From positions 9,548,001-9,612,000 of the forward strand of contig NC_043009.1 of the NCBI RefSeq assembly GCF_006345805.1: 64,000 bases of DNA, written 5' to 3'. Shown here piece after piece: positions 40,196 to 53,240 of the stretch; position 1 is the first letter of the stretch; every line of letters starts with the position of its first letter. Below the pieces are notes generated by a model. The model made no database searches. It saw only the letters and a program-made list of their open reading frames with translations, and was not told the origin of the DNA. The DNA is from Octopus sinensis. Lineage: Eukaryota. Position numbers and translations under genes: made by a program.

Positions 40196-41110
40196 TAATT
40201 TCTTTTTATCTTCTGAGTATTCTTATAATTACAACTTTTGTTTACTGATATTCTTGCAAGACAGCTGTGTGATGGGCTCATCTATTTCTTACTTTATGGC
40301 TTTAAAATATCTGAAGTTCTCCTGTTTTATTATTATTATTATTATTATGTTGTTGTTTTTTTTAATTCAAAGTAAACAAATAGAAACAAGCGAAGAATTA
40401 AAAACGAGAGCCAACTCAAATAATATAAATGGTGAGGAAACTCCTTGAACAGCTTCAAAAATCAAAGAATCCATTCTCAACCCCAAATTTTTCAAATTTT
40501 ATGCAAACCAAAAGAAATTTTTAAAAATATATAAATGAAAATTAAAAGAAAACTGACTAATTGTAGACGTCAGTTGAAGTAATTGATGTGGAAAAGAACA
40601 ATAAACAAAAACAGATCTGAATATAAGCATGTCTTTTTTTTATTATTTTTTTTATGTATATGTGTCTGTTGCTGTTTTAATTATTTTCATTAATAAGTGC
40701 ACCAACCCATCAGTTTTATTTATTTTCTGTGTTATTTATTTCATTGGACATCTTTTGAAAAAAAAAAAAAATTATAAAAGATTAAGATCTAAGGCAGGGA
40801 TTTTTTTAAAATCAGAAATAACTTATGTATATAACCTATATTTCATGTGCACATCTTTGTATATGTATATTATTTATGTTTACAAAGATGTAAATATCAT
40901 TTGATAACCATTAATCATTTATAGATGGTTTATAACCATCTGTACCCATATATATATGTATATATATAATGTGTGTGTATGTTTGTATATGTACGTTTAT
41001 AATGTGTGTGTGTATATAATGTATTAGTTAATATATATTTTATATATATTCCCACACAATAAATATATATATATAACTATACACACACATATAGTATATA
41101 TATTATGTGC

Positions 41111-41146
<36 letters not shown>

Positions 41147-42987
41147 CTACATACACATATAAATATATATTATATATATGCACATATAAAAATATATATA
41201 TATATTTATACTCATGCATATATACATAAAAATATATATACATATATGTATATACACAAACACATATATGTATTATATATATCTTTATACACACACATAT
41301 ATGCACACTCACATACATTTGTACACACACACATACACACACACACACACATGCACATATGTGTTTGTGTGTACAAACATTTTTATTAATTATAAATATA
41401 CATTCTGTACTTCTCAATTTTCCATTGCAAAATATCTTTTAACGTGTTCCCTTGCACGTGTGTTTATACACATGTGTATGTATGTGTGTGTGTCAGTGTA
41501 TGCATGTGTGCTGATTCCTCCACTCACTTTTGTTTAGTTTTTTTTCTTTTCTTTTCCTTTTTTTTTAAAAAAAAACATTTTTGACTGTAAAATGTCCTAA
41601 ACATGTCCTGTATCAATGCCCCCCCCCTCTTCATCTGCAAAAAGAAAAGAAGAAAAACCTATCACAAACACTTCAGCTTACTAAGTTTTACTCCAATGTG
41701 CATGCCTCACTTATCATCTCACTTTGTCAGATGATTAGATGCTCATTAAAATCACTCTTGTGACAAAATACCTTTAAACTGTTGAAGACTTTTATGTTTT
41801 TAATTTTTGTTGTCATATTTTTGAAAAAAAAAATTTTTTTCCTTTTTTTTTTATTTCTAATCATTCAGAAGTTCTAAAAAAAATGTGGCATTCAAGTTAA
41901 AACATACGAAAAAAACATTTCAGTTTCAATCAAACCGAATGTCAAATATTTTTTTTAAATTTTTTTTTTTTTTTGAAATGATCAATCATTATTATTATGG
42001 ATAAATTCTTTATTTTATCCAAATGTCAAGTATTTGAAAGATTAATTGGTGTTTTTTTTTTTTAATAAATAATTGTCATTATTTAAAAACAAAAATCAAG
42101 ACCTGATTTTTTTTTTTTTTTTTGTAGCATCAATTAATCCAAAATGTCACTTATTCATTCCAATATATCTCTTTGGAAACTCTTTAACTACTCCCACGCT
42201 CTGAACAAATGTTCCAGTATTGTTTCTTGGTAAAATACAGAAATAAAAATTAGAAAAAAAAGAAGAAAAAAACCCTCACATTTTTGTCTTCTTTTCATTT
42301 TTTCTAGGAAAAATTAATGTTGTTTTCATTTACTCATCTATAACCTTTAGTATTCCAACCATGACAACCCACTCTATAGTATTTTTATTTGTTTCAGTCA
42401 TTTGACTGTAGCCATGCTGGAGCACCACCTTAGAAGCTTTTAGTCAATGAAATTAACCCCAGGACTTATTCTTTGAAGCCTAGTATTTATATGATCAGTC
42501 TCTTTTGCTGAACTAAAAGTTACAGGGACATAAACACACCAGCATTGGTTGTCAGGTGATGGTGGGGTAACACACACATATAAGGGGCTTCTTTCAGTTT
42601 CTATCAACCAAATCCACTCACAAGGCTTTGGCTGGCCCGAGGTTATATTAGAAGACACTTGCCCAAGGTGCCCTGCAGCAAGACTGAACCCAGAACCATG
42701 TGGTTGGGAAGCAAGCTACTTACCACACAGCCATGTATGCGTCTATACCAAAAATTTACATATAATGTACTGTATTTCTTAAAAGACAGAATGTGTTTTG
42801 AGGGAGATTGGTTGTTATTTCTCTCACATCAAAATACTATATAAAAGCCCTACACCCTGCCCTTTTGGACTCAATTAAATAAGGCAATCTCTTGATTATG
42901 AACACCCATATATCCAACTTACAAACATACATAGTTCTAAAATTGAATTTTGTAAGCTTACTGCATTAAAAATTATCCTGTAACATT

Positions 42988-43985
42988 TTTTTTTTTTTTG
43001 TCTTTGGTCAGTAAGTGTCATTTGTTAGTTGATTCTATCTAGAAATCAAAGAAAATGATTTCTTTTCCCTTCAAAATCTGCTTTTTTGACATGGACATTG
43101 ATGTTTTAAAATATTCCATTACATTTCAAATGGATTCCGGGCTGGGTTGCTGAAGCAGAAATATCATTATGGCAAATATTGTGTTGTCCGGAAAGTTCAT
43201 GCCGATTTTTAAAGGAAAGAAAAAGATCAATAAATACTTGCCATTACATTTTTAATCAACCAAATATGAACCATTTCGTTGCACAATGTGTTTCCATCTT
43301 TCCTTTAACATGAAAATACCCTCTTCCCAGAACTGAGGTGGTTTCATGGCAAAGAATTCACCAAGGTATCTTTTTACGTCATCCAAGGAATTGAAATTTT
43401 TACCATTAAGACTATTCTGCAGAGACCCGAATAAGTGGAAATCCAAAGGAGTAATATCTGGTGAATATGGAGGGTGGGGTAACACATCCCAGCTGAGCTG
43501 CAGCAATTTTTGTCCGGTTCCCAAAGCATCAAGTGCCAAAAATGAACTTTCTTATCTTCCATTTTAAAGGGTTACAGAATTAACACAGGTTATAGGAACA
43601 TAAATCTTCTTCCACAAAAAGATAGCTTAAACTGTGCTCTAAATGGAGGTGTAGTAGAATCCTATTTTATGGACTCAACCATGTTCTAAAATAATTTGAA
43701 AGGTAAACTACTATAAATTGGCACAAACTTTCCGGAAAACCCAATATTTTGCTCAACGCCACAGATTTGCCTTATTGGCTGACAATATGTGCATTGCTGA
43801 TCATGAGCAGTGGGGGAGCATCATAGCCACTTGTTGAGAGGGATTCTTCAGGATTCTAAGAAATGTAGCAAAAGTAAAGTTTGAAAGAAATATTGACCAG
43901 TTCTCATACTTTCTAAGAGTAAGCAACTAGGAAATGACAGCTGCTACCCAAGGACAAAAACACTGTTACTCAGTGTTACATATAT
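42988..43985 (-). mobile_element. Poly(A)-tailed interspersed repeat hosting a mariner insertion
   Basis: Reverse-complement match to 54000-54420 (ends ctgaccaaagac plus A-rich tail); interrupted at 43179-43744. Confidence 0.7.
43179..43744 (-). mobile_element. 566-bp internally deleted mariner, second copy
   Basis: TA TSDs; same length, TIRs and deletion junction as 3642-4207; C-terminus HPPYSPDITPLDFHLFGSLQNSLNGKNF...NGSYLVD. Confidence 0.93.
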
Positions 43986-44114
43986 TGTTTGTGAATAATG
44001 GTTTCAAATTTTGTCACAAGGCCTGCAAGTTCATGGGAGGGGATTAGTCAATTATATTGACCCCATTGTTCAACTGGTACTTATTTTATCGACCTTAAAG
44101 TACTCAATCTCAGG

Positions 44115-44756
44115 GCTTCTACCATCAATATTGGAACAAGGAAAGGAAGAAGTGAGAAGATTATTGAAATGTTGGAGCAATGCCATGTTGATGTGTATGG
44201 TGTAGAAGTACCTGGAAAAAGCTTTCGAAAGAGTTTCCTGCTGTGTTATATGGTGGTTTCTAAGGAATTTAGGAGTAGAGGAGTGGCTTGTTAGAGCTGG
44301 ACAAGCCATGTACATGGTGCTGTCAGTAAGGTGAAAGTCAGCCATGAATAGTGATGAATTTAGTGTACAGGTAGGGGTTCACCAGGACTCAGTTCTCAGT
44401 CTACTCTTATGGTCCTCCAGGCCATAACAGAGGAATTCAAAACTGGGTGTCCATGGGAACTACTGTATGCTGATGACCTTGCTCTTATTGCAGAATCTTT
44501 AGCAGAATTAGAGAAGAAATTCCAGGTATGGAAACAAAACTTGGAATCAAAGGGCCTTAAAGTTAACCAAGCAGAGACCAAAGTTGTTGTTAGTAAGAAA
44601 GAAGATAAAACCCTCTTTCCATCAGGTAAATGGCCCTGTTTGATATGTAAGAAAAGAGTTGGAAGAAATTTCATTTGCTGCATTCAGTGTAAACTATGGA
44701 CACATAAGAGATGCTGTGGAATCACAGGTAGATTAACAGATAAAGTTGCAAAATGA
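44115..44756 (+). mobile_element. RTE LINE fragment (APE N-terminus fused to reverse transcriptase)
   Basis: TINIGT..GR-like start, then LEKAF..., VHQ.SVLS, GCPWELLYADDLALIAESL (RT catalytic YADD) and a C-terminal CxxC region. Confidence 0.88.
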
Positions 44757-44789
44757 TGAATGAAAATATTTTCAGACTTATAGACTACA

Positions 44790-45361
44790 ACTGAAGGGGG
44801 GGGGGGGTAACTGTGTATTGCGTTCCAATATTGGGATACAGAGAGATATTTAGATACTTAGAATAAGGTTGAGGCTATTTTCAATTATAGAGAGAGACTT
44901 AAGGTATTCATGTTAGGATAGAGGTAGAGCTTAGAGAAGATAATGAACCTAATGTGGTATTATAATTGTATAAATAAAAGCATCCTTTTCAAGCCTAGCC
45001 AGGCTCATGGGCCCGGTTTCCCGATTTCTATGGCGTATGTGTTCCCCCCAGCTGGACGGGACGCCAGTCCATCGCAGCGTTACTCATTTTTACCAGTTGA
45101 GTGGACTGGAGCAACATGAAGTGAAGTGTTTTGCTCAAGAACACAACACGTTACCAGGTCCAGGAACCAAAACCACGATCTTACGACCATGATGCTGACA
45201 CCCTAACCACTAAGCCACGTGCCTCCACATTGTGGAGTTATAGAATTGTGAATTTATAGAATTAATTGCAATTATAATGGGAGTTACTCTGGCTAAGGTA
45301 GAGGTGGAGGGTGTAGAAATATAGGGTATATTGTTGTAAGATGTATTTGAATACACCTACA
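44790..45361 (+). mobile_element. Possible LTR remnant preceded by a polypurine tract, interrupted by a SINE
   Basis: aagggggggggggg followed by taactgtgtatt; ends aatacacctaca; family C SINE at 44991-45228. Confidence 0.3.
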
Positions 45362-45515
45362 TATACAAATACCAATGGTATATGAATCAAGACTCAGATA
45401 AATTCTTAAAAATAAATGCTTAGAAATATATGGAGTAACATCCCAAGGAAAAGCTGGTGCCTGTGAAATCCTGTATCCCTGCCGTAAGGCTTTACTTCCA
45501 CACATGCCACATATA

Positions 45516-45921
45516 CCCCACTCCACCCCACTTTGGATGATGATAACTGTCAGAATTTTAAAATATCCATTTTCCTGAAAGCTAAGATGAATTGAAGTGG
45601 ACTCTGGTGAATTTGCTGAAAATCCTCCCCCAACCCCTCCTAAAACACTTTTCCCCCAAAATGTTGAATATTTGGAATCTACATGATGTAAAACATATTG
45701 GTAGGAAATTTCATTAATAAATATCCATTTTCCTGGAAGTTAAGATGAATTGGAGTTCGGTGAATTTTCCAAAAATCCTTCACCGACACCTCCTAAAACA
45801 CTTTCCCCCCAAAATGTTGTATATTTGAAATCTACATGATGTATAAAATATTCATAGGGAATTTCATTAATAAATATCCATTTTCCCTGAACGTAATGAT
45901 TATCCAAAGTCGGGGTAGGGG
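45516..45921. repeat. Element with about 25-bp inverted ends enclosing about 155-bp tandem repeats
   Basis: ccccactccaccccactttggatgat / attatccaaagtcggggtagggg. Units start aaatatccattttcc at 45561, 45719 and 45872. Confidence 0.75.
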
Positions 45922-46291
45922 CACAGAAATCTGTAGTTATGCCATTTGACAATTGATCAATTAAATGAAATCTTCATATGAAATTTTTTTTCCTCAGATG
46001 AAAGTATCTTTAGAAATTCCTTTTTATCAGAAACTGTCACAACTGTAATGATGTATGTATGTGTGTGTAAATTGCTGGTTAGGATACCAAAGACAGAAAG
46101 TTCAAACACAGGAAGTTGAGAAAACAATTTGAAGAAGTGAATCTTTATATATAGAGCAAATATCATTTATTTTTAATAGCAAAAAATAAATCAAGACTAT
46201 ATTATTATTTCCAAGGTCAAATTATTCATGTACCCCTAGTATAGACTGAACCAGAGGTTTGAACATGCATTGAGGACACATACAGACAGGG

Positions 46292-46338
<47 letters not shown>

Positions 46339-46540
46339 ATATATATTTATTTATTTATTTATTTATAAATGTATATATGTTTTTTTCAATGTATACAGAA
46401 AAAATATATAAATAGTTACCAGGGTAACAGAAATTCACATCAGTGCCAAGGATATTACAGCCTACTTATAAAGATTGAAATTCCAGGGTTAAGTGAAACA
46501 TTTTTGTATAACAGATAAATTAAAAAATTGGAGTCAAACA

Positions 46541-46870
46541 CAGGTGTTATTCAGATTCTTATTCTTCTGACATATGTTTTGAAGAAAACATTGATATTAT
46601 TTCAGAGGGAATAAAATGATGTAAAACAATGAAATTATGTCGTCAGGGAAACAAAAGAGAAACAAAACACATCAATAAATCATTTTAACCAAATGTGATT
46701 ACCACGTACATGATGAAGGGGAATGCTGGTAAGTTATTTTAATTTGCCAGCATTTTTCTTTTGTTTCCCTGACGACATAATTGCATTGTTTTACATCATT
46801 TTTATTTCCTCCAGAATAATATCAATGTTTTCTTCGAAACATATGGTGGAAGTAGAACAATTTGAATATC
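46541..46870. repeat. Fold-back repeat with 88-bp core arms (about 120 bp with diverged extension)
   Basis: 46571-46658 is the reverse complement of 46757-46845; similarity continues outward. The spacer has its own 15-bp hairpin. Confidence 0.9.
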
Positions 46871-46924
46871 TCCTGAGTTCGAGTTCATTACTTAATATAT
46901 ACATACATATATATATATATATAT

Positions 46925-47858
46925 AGCGTTAGATTGAAAGAAATGAAGCTAGCATGATCTGCTGGATGTGTAATGTCTGTGTCCATGCACGACAGAGCGT
47001 AAGTGCCCCGAGAGAAATGTTGGACATAAGAAACATTGGATGCAGTGTGCAGGAGAGACGTTTGCATTGGTATGGCCATGTGCTACGGATGGATGAGGAG
47101 AGATGTGTGAAGAAGTGCCACTACCAAACTGTTGAATGAAGCCAGGGTAGAGGTAGACCCAGGAAGACATGGGATGAGGTGGTCAAGCATGACCTTTGTA
47201 GGGAGACCTTCGTGGTTCGTAGGGAGACCTGCTGTGCTTGAGGAGACCTATTGAGTCAAGTACATCAACATCAACATCAAAATAAAAATCAAATGGATAT
47301 TGTATCGTGATACCTGTGCTGGTGGCACGATGGCCCTCACAGAGGAAATGACGAAAGACCGAGACCTCTGAGATATGCTGTGACTGTGAAGACCCAACAA
47401 ATGAAGTGAGTTCATGGCTCGCAGGATGGCCTGCTGTGCTAACCTTGGATCGTAGAGTGACCCGCTGTTCTTGAGGAGACCTATTGAGTCAAGTACATCA
47501 ACATCAACATATAAAAATCAAATGGAAATTGTAATTAAGACACCTGTGCCAGTGGCACATAAAAACACCATCCGAACATGGCTGATGCCAGTGACTCCTG
47601 ACTGGCGTCCGTGCCGGTGACATATACAAAAAAAACAACTGATCGTGGCCGTTTGCCAGCCTCCTCTGGCTCCTGTGCCAGTGGGACATAAAAAGCACCC
47701 ACTATACTCACAGAGTGGTTGACATTAGGAAGGACATCCAGCTGTAGAAATACTGCCAGATCAGACTGGAGCCTGGCGCAGCCTCCTGGCTTCCCAGACC
47801 CCGGTCGAACCATCCAACCCATGCTAGCATGGAAAACGGACGTTAAACGATGATGATA
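46925..47858 (+). mobile_element. RTE LINE 3' end with duplicated 3' UTR segment
   Basis: MICWMCNV...RRLHWYGHVLRMDEERCVKKC, then 3' UTR with the gaggagacctattgagtcaagtac block twice and a (GAT)n tail. Confidence 0.85.
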
Positions 47859-48289
47859 TATAGATATATATATATATATATATATAACTTACTTGGAAAA
47901 GGATGCGTGGCATTTGATCATATGATATTATAAATAATATATAAATATATGCATATATATATACATACATATATGTACATACCTACATATATATGTATAT
48001 ATACATGCATATATGGGTACAGGACATCAAAAAAACGTTGAACACAATGAGAAACGAAAACATTAAAAACAAAAACATAGAAAATGAACTTTTTTCAAAC
48101 AACAAAAAAACAAACAGAGAAACGAGACATGCAACAAAGAATATTCCCCTTCATCAGTTGTCCTTGTTTCATCTGCTCACCAACCACATAGTTCTGGGTT
48201 CAGTCCTACTTGGGCAAGTGTCTTCTACTATAGCCTCAGGCCGACTAAATTTGGTAGATGGAAACTGAAACAAGCCTGAGGATAGCTGT

Positions 48290-49028
48290 GTGAAAAAGTG
48301 TCACACTCTAGTGGTTGAAGGAACCCATGGAAGAGGTAGACCCAGGAAGACCTGGGATGAGGTAGTGAAGCATGATCTTCAAACATTAGGCCTCACCGAG
48401 GCAATGACTAGTGACTGAGACCTTTGGAAATATGCTGAGCTTGAGAAAACCCGGTAAGCCAAGTGAGACCATAACCAGTGTCCTATCCCAGGGGTGTAAC
48501 CAGCCCACTTATGTGTACCTTTCCTTCATTGCGAAGACCTGTTGAGGCAAGTGAAATTGAAATCAAATTCGATGACAGCACCGCATGACTGGCATCTGTG
48601 CCAGTGGAGCACTAAGAGCACCATTCGAGTGTGATCGTTGCCAGGGCCGCTGACTGGCTCCCACACTGGTGGCACATAAAAAGCAACATTCAAGTGTGAT
48701 CATTACCAGTGTTGCCTTACTGGCACATGAAAAACAAGATTCGAGTGAGGTCGTTGCCAGTCTCGCCGGACTGGCTCTTGTGCAGGTAGCACATAAAAAG
48801 CACCATTTGAGCGTGGCCGTTGCCAGTACCGTCTGACTGGCCCTCATGCTGGTGGCACGTAGAAGCACCCACTACACTCTCAGAGTGGTTGGCAATAGGA
48901 AGGGCATCCAGCTGTAGAAATTCTGCCAGATCAGATTGGAGCCTGGTGCAGCCATCTGGCTCGCCAGTCCTCAGTCAAACTGTCCAACCCATGCTAGCAT
49001 GGAAAGTGAGCGTTAAACAATGATGATG

Positions 49029-49030
<2 letters not shown>
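48290..49030 (+). mobile_element. RTE LINE 3' end with about 60-bp tandem units
   Basis: RGRPRKTWDEVVKHDL-like coding end, tandem gtgccagtggcac units and the standard tail. Confidence 0.8.
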
Positions 49031-49060
<30 letters not shown>

Positions 49061-49239
49061 CGATGTTGGTGCCTTTACATCCCAGTAACTTAGCGGTTTG
49101 GAAAAAGAGACCGATAGGGAAAGTACTAGGTTTACAAAGAATAAGTCCGGGGTCGATTTCTTCAACCAAAACTCCTTAAAGCAGTGCAACAACATGGCCA
49201 CAGTCAACTGACTGAAACAAGTAAAAGAATATATGTATA

Positions 49240-49285
<46 letters not shown>

Positions 49286-50068
49286 CTTACCAGTGGTATG
49301 TAAAAAGTACCTTTTGAGCGTTGGGCCTCATGGAGGCATGACAAATGATTGAGACTTTTGACAATATCCTGTTCTTGAGTAGAAGACCCATCAACTCAAG
49401 TGAAATTGTAGTCATGGAAGATGCTGGTGTCAAGTGGCACCCATGCTGGTGGCATGTACAGGCACTCATTACACTCTTAGAGTGGTTGGTATCCAGCCAT
49501 AGAAACTATGCCAAATCAGACTGCAGCCCCTCAGCTTACCAGCCCTGGTCAAACCGTTCAACCTATGCCAGCATGGACAACTTGTGAGAGGAATTTGGTA
49601 GGTGGCTGAAAACTGCACATAGGTCTGTCACACACACGTGCACACACATGTGCACACACACACACACACACACACATGTACACACATGCACGTGCACACA
49701 CACACACACGTGCACACACACACACACACGTACACGTGCACACACATACACACACACGCTCACACAGAAGTGTTCTAGTAGTTAAATCACTTCAGTCAAT
49801 TCTAATAATTAGAGCTGTAGTAATTAGAGTAGATTGTCTCACTTAAAAAAAAAAAGAACAAAAACAAAAAAAAAACAAAAAAACAAATGCAATACGCCTG
49901 CACCAAATTCACCATTGTCTATGTTTTATATATACGGTCTCCTTCTTATAGGAACTGATGACAAGATAATACATTTTCTAATGCTGGAAATAAAATACAT
50001 TTTGGAAATTAGGATAACAATAGCATATTTTTCAGGTCAGTATGAAGTTCGTCTAAATAAACATAATT

Positions 50069-50074
50069 TTTATT
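50069..50074 (-). promoter_or_regulatory. Candidate polyadenylation signal of the membrane-protein gene
   Basis: AATAAA on the minus strand about 430 nt past the stop; other such hexamers exist, so not unique. Confidence 0.3.
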
Positions 50075-50503
50075 AGAAAAGGTGGACACCTGAGTAATTT
50101 CCAGAGTAATATCCATTGTAAAGCAAGGAGCATAATGTAAATCACGAGTTAATAAGATGCTTCAAAATATAAACATTGTCTGGTGCACATACAAACGAAA
50201 AGAACGTAGCTCCGATAATGGGAAGAGACGACAATTAATGAAGTGGTTGCAACAAGTAATGAAAAGTTTACAAAAAAAAAATAATAAGTAGATGAGTGGA
50301 AATTGAACTGGTGATTGTGTTTGTTAATAAGGCATTAAAACAGAATGACTCTCCGCAGACATAACAAAATTTGGAAAGTTACTTTTAATACCAGATTTAT
50401 CAGCAAAAGTAGCAATATTTTCAAGTTATTCCTTTGAGCATCAAATCAAGCTTCACAAGATGAATTTTATATGTATAATCACAAATTTAAACAATCGTAG
50501 CAC

Positions 50504-51010
50504 CTAGCTTTGTACAACAGCTTTGTCAACGGAATTGGTATGCATACTATTATATGACTTGTTACCAAAGCAGATATTTTCAAAGTCTGAAGAATTCGAT
50601 ACATAATCGCTTTTGCCAATAACAAAATCTGCAAAGATATCACCGGAATTTTCGTCTTTATCATGATGCTTCATGCTAGTGAAACTTGGAACTGCCCGAA
50701 TGTAAGGGTTAGATTTTTGATCTTCATTACTTTCCCCAGAAGGTGCTTGCTTCTTAGCATCACAGGTATCAAAGCTTAAGTCCATTTCTTTATACCCATA
50801 ATCCATTGCAGTTTCCGTCAACTCTTCTTTAGAACTATTTTTTTGAAGATCATGAAGACCTTGGACATTTATATCTTTGCTTTTAAAATCATTTTCCAAG
50901 CTTGTTTTTTCCTGTAAATACATTTGATTGCATTCACTTTCTGGAGAAGGCTCTGAACATAACTTGGGTGTTATTAAAACAGAAGAACTGTCATAAGCTT
51001 CATCATTGAT
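50504..51010 (-). CDS. Membrane protein, terminal coding exon (168 aa, acidic, Ser/Tyr-rich)
   Basis: Long pyrimidine tract and tttttcag acceptor (plus-strand 51011-51012), phase 0. Reads INDEAYDSSS...MYLQEK...KAVVQS to TAG, extending ORF 50504-50923 by 29 codons. Confidence 0.8.
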   Translation of the reverse strand: MNDEAYDSSSVLITPKLCSEPSPESECNQMYLQEKTSLENDFKSKDINVQGLHDLQKNSSKEELTETAMDYGYKEMDLSFDTCDAKKQAPSGESNEDQKSNPYIRAVPSFTSMKHHDKDENSGDIFADFVIGKSDYVSNSSDFENICFGNKSYNSMHTNSVDKAVVQS

Positions 51011-51399
51011 CTGAAAAATCAGATAAGAAAAAATAAAAGGAATGAAAAGAAAAATATTGATATCAATGAAACAGACAAAATGAAAAAAAATCCTGCTTAA
51101 ATGCGCTTTATTTTATTTTAAAATAAATCTAAGGCAGCAAGCTGGAAGAGACGTTAGCACTCTGGACAATTTCTTCCAACTCTTTATGTTCTAGGTTCAA
51201 ATGCAGCAGAGGTCAACTTCTGAGTCAACAGTTAAGCAATGGATTCTATGTAAATTTCTTGCGCATCCTGTCAAAACTGTTGGCCTTGTGCCAAAATTAG
51301 AAAGAATTATTTGAGTAAAATCTCAGCAAGTATGCTGTACATTAGAAAATCGATTTTAATCAATTACAACTCCAAAATATTAGGAATAATTATACTTAA

Positions 51400-51910
51400 T
51401 CATCATCATCATCATCATCATCGTTTAGCATCTGCTTTCCATGCTAGCATGGGTTGGACAGTTCAACTGGGGTCTGGGAAGCCAGAAGGCTGCACCAGGC
51501 CCAGTCTGATCTGGTACTGTTTCTACGGCTGGATGCCCTTCCTAATGCCAACCACTCCGTGAGTGTAGTGGGTGCTTTTTACGTTCCACCGGCACAGGTG
51601 CTAGACGAGGCTGGCAAACGACCACGATCAGATTATGCTTTTTATGTGCCACCGGCATGGATGCCAGGCGAGGCTAGCAAACGGCCACGATTGGATGATG
51701 CTTTTTATGTGCCACCGGCATGGATGCCAGGCGAGGCTGGCAACGGCCACGATTGGATGGTGCTTTTTATGTGCCACCGGCACGGAGGCCAGTCGGGGCG
51801 CTGCTGGCAACGGCCACGTTCGGATGGTTCTCTTACGTGCCACCAGCACTGGTATCACAACTACAATTTCCATTGATGTTGATCGATTTCGATTTTGATT
51901 TGATTTTGAC
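51400..51910 (-). mobile_element. RTE LINE 3' tail with about five 60-bp tandem units
   Basis: (CAT)n, reverse-complement tail, repeated gctttttatgtgccaccggca units. Confidence 0.85.
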
Positions 51911-52051
51911 TTTTTGATTTCTTAATATTTCTCCAAAATATTAAGTATAATTATTCATAATATTTTGGAGATGTAATTGTTTGATAAATGATTTGATCTG
52001 AGATCTTGTGTTGAAAATGACACATATTGTATAACAGTCATTTTGGTTATT

Positions 52052-52286
52052 AGGTGGTGAGCTGGCAGAATCGTTAGCATGCTGGGCGAAATGCGTAGCC
52101 GTATTTCGTCTGCCGTTACGTTGTGAGTTCAAATTCTGCCGAGGTTGACTTTGCCTTTCATCCTTTCAGGGTTGATCAAATAAGTACCAGTTATGCACTG
52201 GGGTCGATATAATCGACTTAATCCGTTTGTCTGTCCTTGTTTGTCCCCTCTGTGTTTAGCCCCTTGTGGGCAGTAAAGAAATAGGT
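52052..52286 (+). mobile_element. SINE family A, full length
   Basis: Near-identical to 6346-6580. Confidence 0.88.
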
Positions 52287-52359
52287 TCTTTAAAAACACA
52301 CAAAAATCACAACATATATTTTTGATACATTTGTTTGACAGCTGCATCAAGAAGTGCCA

Positions 52360-53240
52360 ATCGCTAATTGTAGAGAGGATGTGTAGAAGGAGTAGACTCA
52401 GGAAGATGTAGGAGAAAGTGGTGAGAAAAAAAAAACTTCAGATGTTGGGATTCACAGAAAGGTGGCAAGGGAGCAAGATTTTTGGCAGGTTTGCTGTGCT
52501 TGAGAAGATGTGTCAAGCTAAGTAAAATCATGATTGTTCTTGCATACAGGCATGTCCCCTCAACCCCTCCTCAGCAGAGTGATCTTAATCTTCCAGGTTT
52601 GTGGGTGCTGGTGCCACATGAAGAGCATTTGTGCTAGTGATACATGAAAGCACTGCTGGTGCCACATCAAAAGCACCCCGAACACTTTGTAGTGTGGTTG
52701 GCATTAGGAAGGGCATCCAACTGTATAAACCATGCAAAAACAGACACAGAACCCAGGAAGCTCTTCAGCTGGCCAACCTCCGGTCAAACTGTCCAACCAT
52801 GCCATACCAGCATAGAAAACAGACATCAGATGGTGATGATGTTGACGGCAGTCTTCTGTGAATGGCCAAAAACATTTTGTCAGACATTCGAAGTCTGGTC
52901 ATTGACGCAGTTCAGTGAATAAAGCAGAATTATGTCAGTGTGACATAATTCAGGAGTGTGACAAAATTAGTATTCATCATCCTCATCATCGTTTAATGTC
53001 CGTTTTCCGTGCTAGCATAGGTTGGACAGTTTGACCGGGGTCTGGGAAGCCAGGAGGCTGCACTAGGCTCCAGTCTGATCTGGCAGTGTTTCTACAGCTG
53101 GATGCCCTTCCTAATGCCAACCACTCCGTGAGTGTAGTGAGTGCTTTTTACGTGCCATGCGCATAGGTGCCAGGGGAGGCTGGCAGCGGCCACGATCGGT
53201 TGGTGCTTTTTACTTGCCACCGGCACAGAAGCCAGTCAAG
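52360..53240. mobile_element. Two RTE tails in tail-to-tail orientation
   Basis: + tail ends near 52840; - tail at 52975-53240. Confidence 0.7.

Noticed and set aside
44409-44756. Reverse transcriptase ORF as a functional gene
   Set aside because: Short fragment with upstream frameshifts and a premature stop; a dead RTE copy.
51575-51860. CRISPR-like repeat/spacer appearance
   Set aside because: The intervening segments are homologous to each other, the array is part of an RTE 3' UTR, the DNA is eukaryotic, and there are no cas genes.
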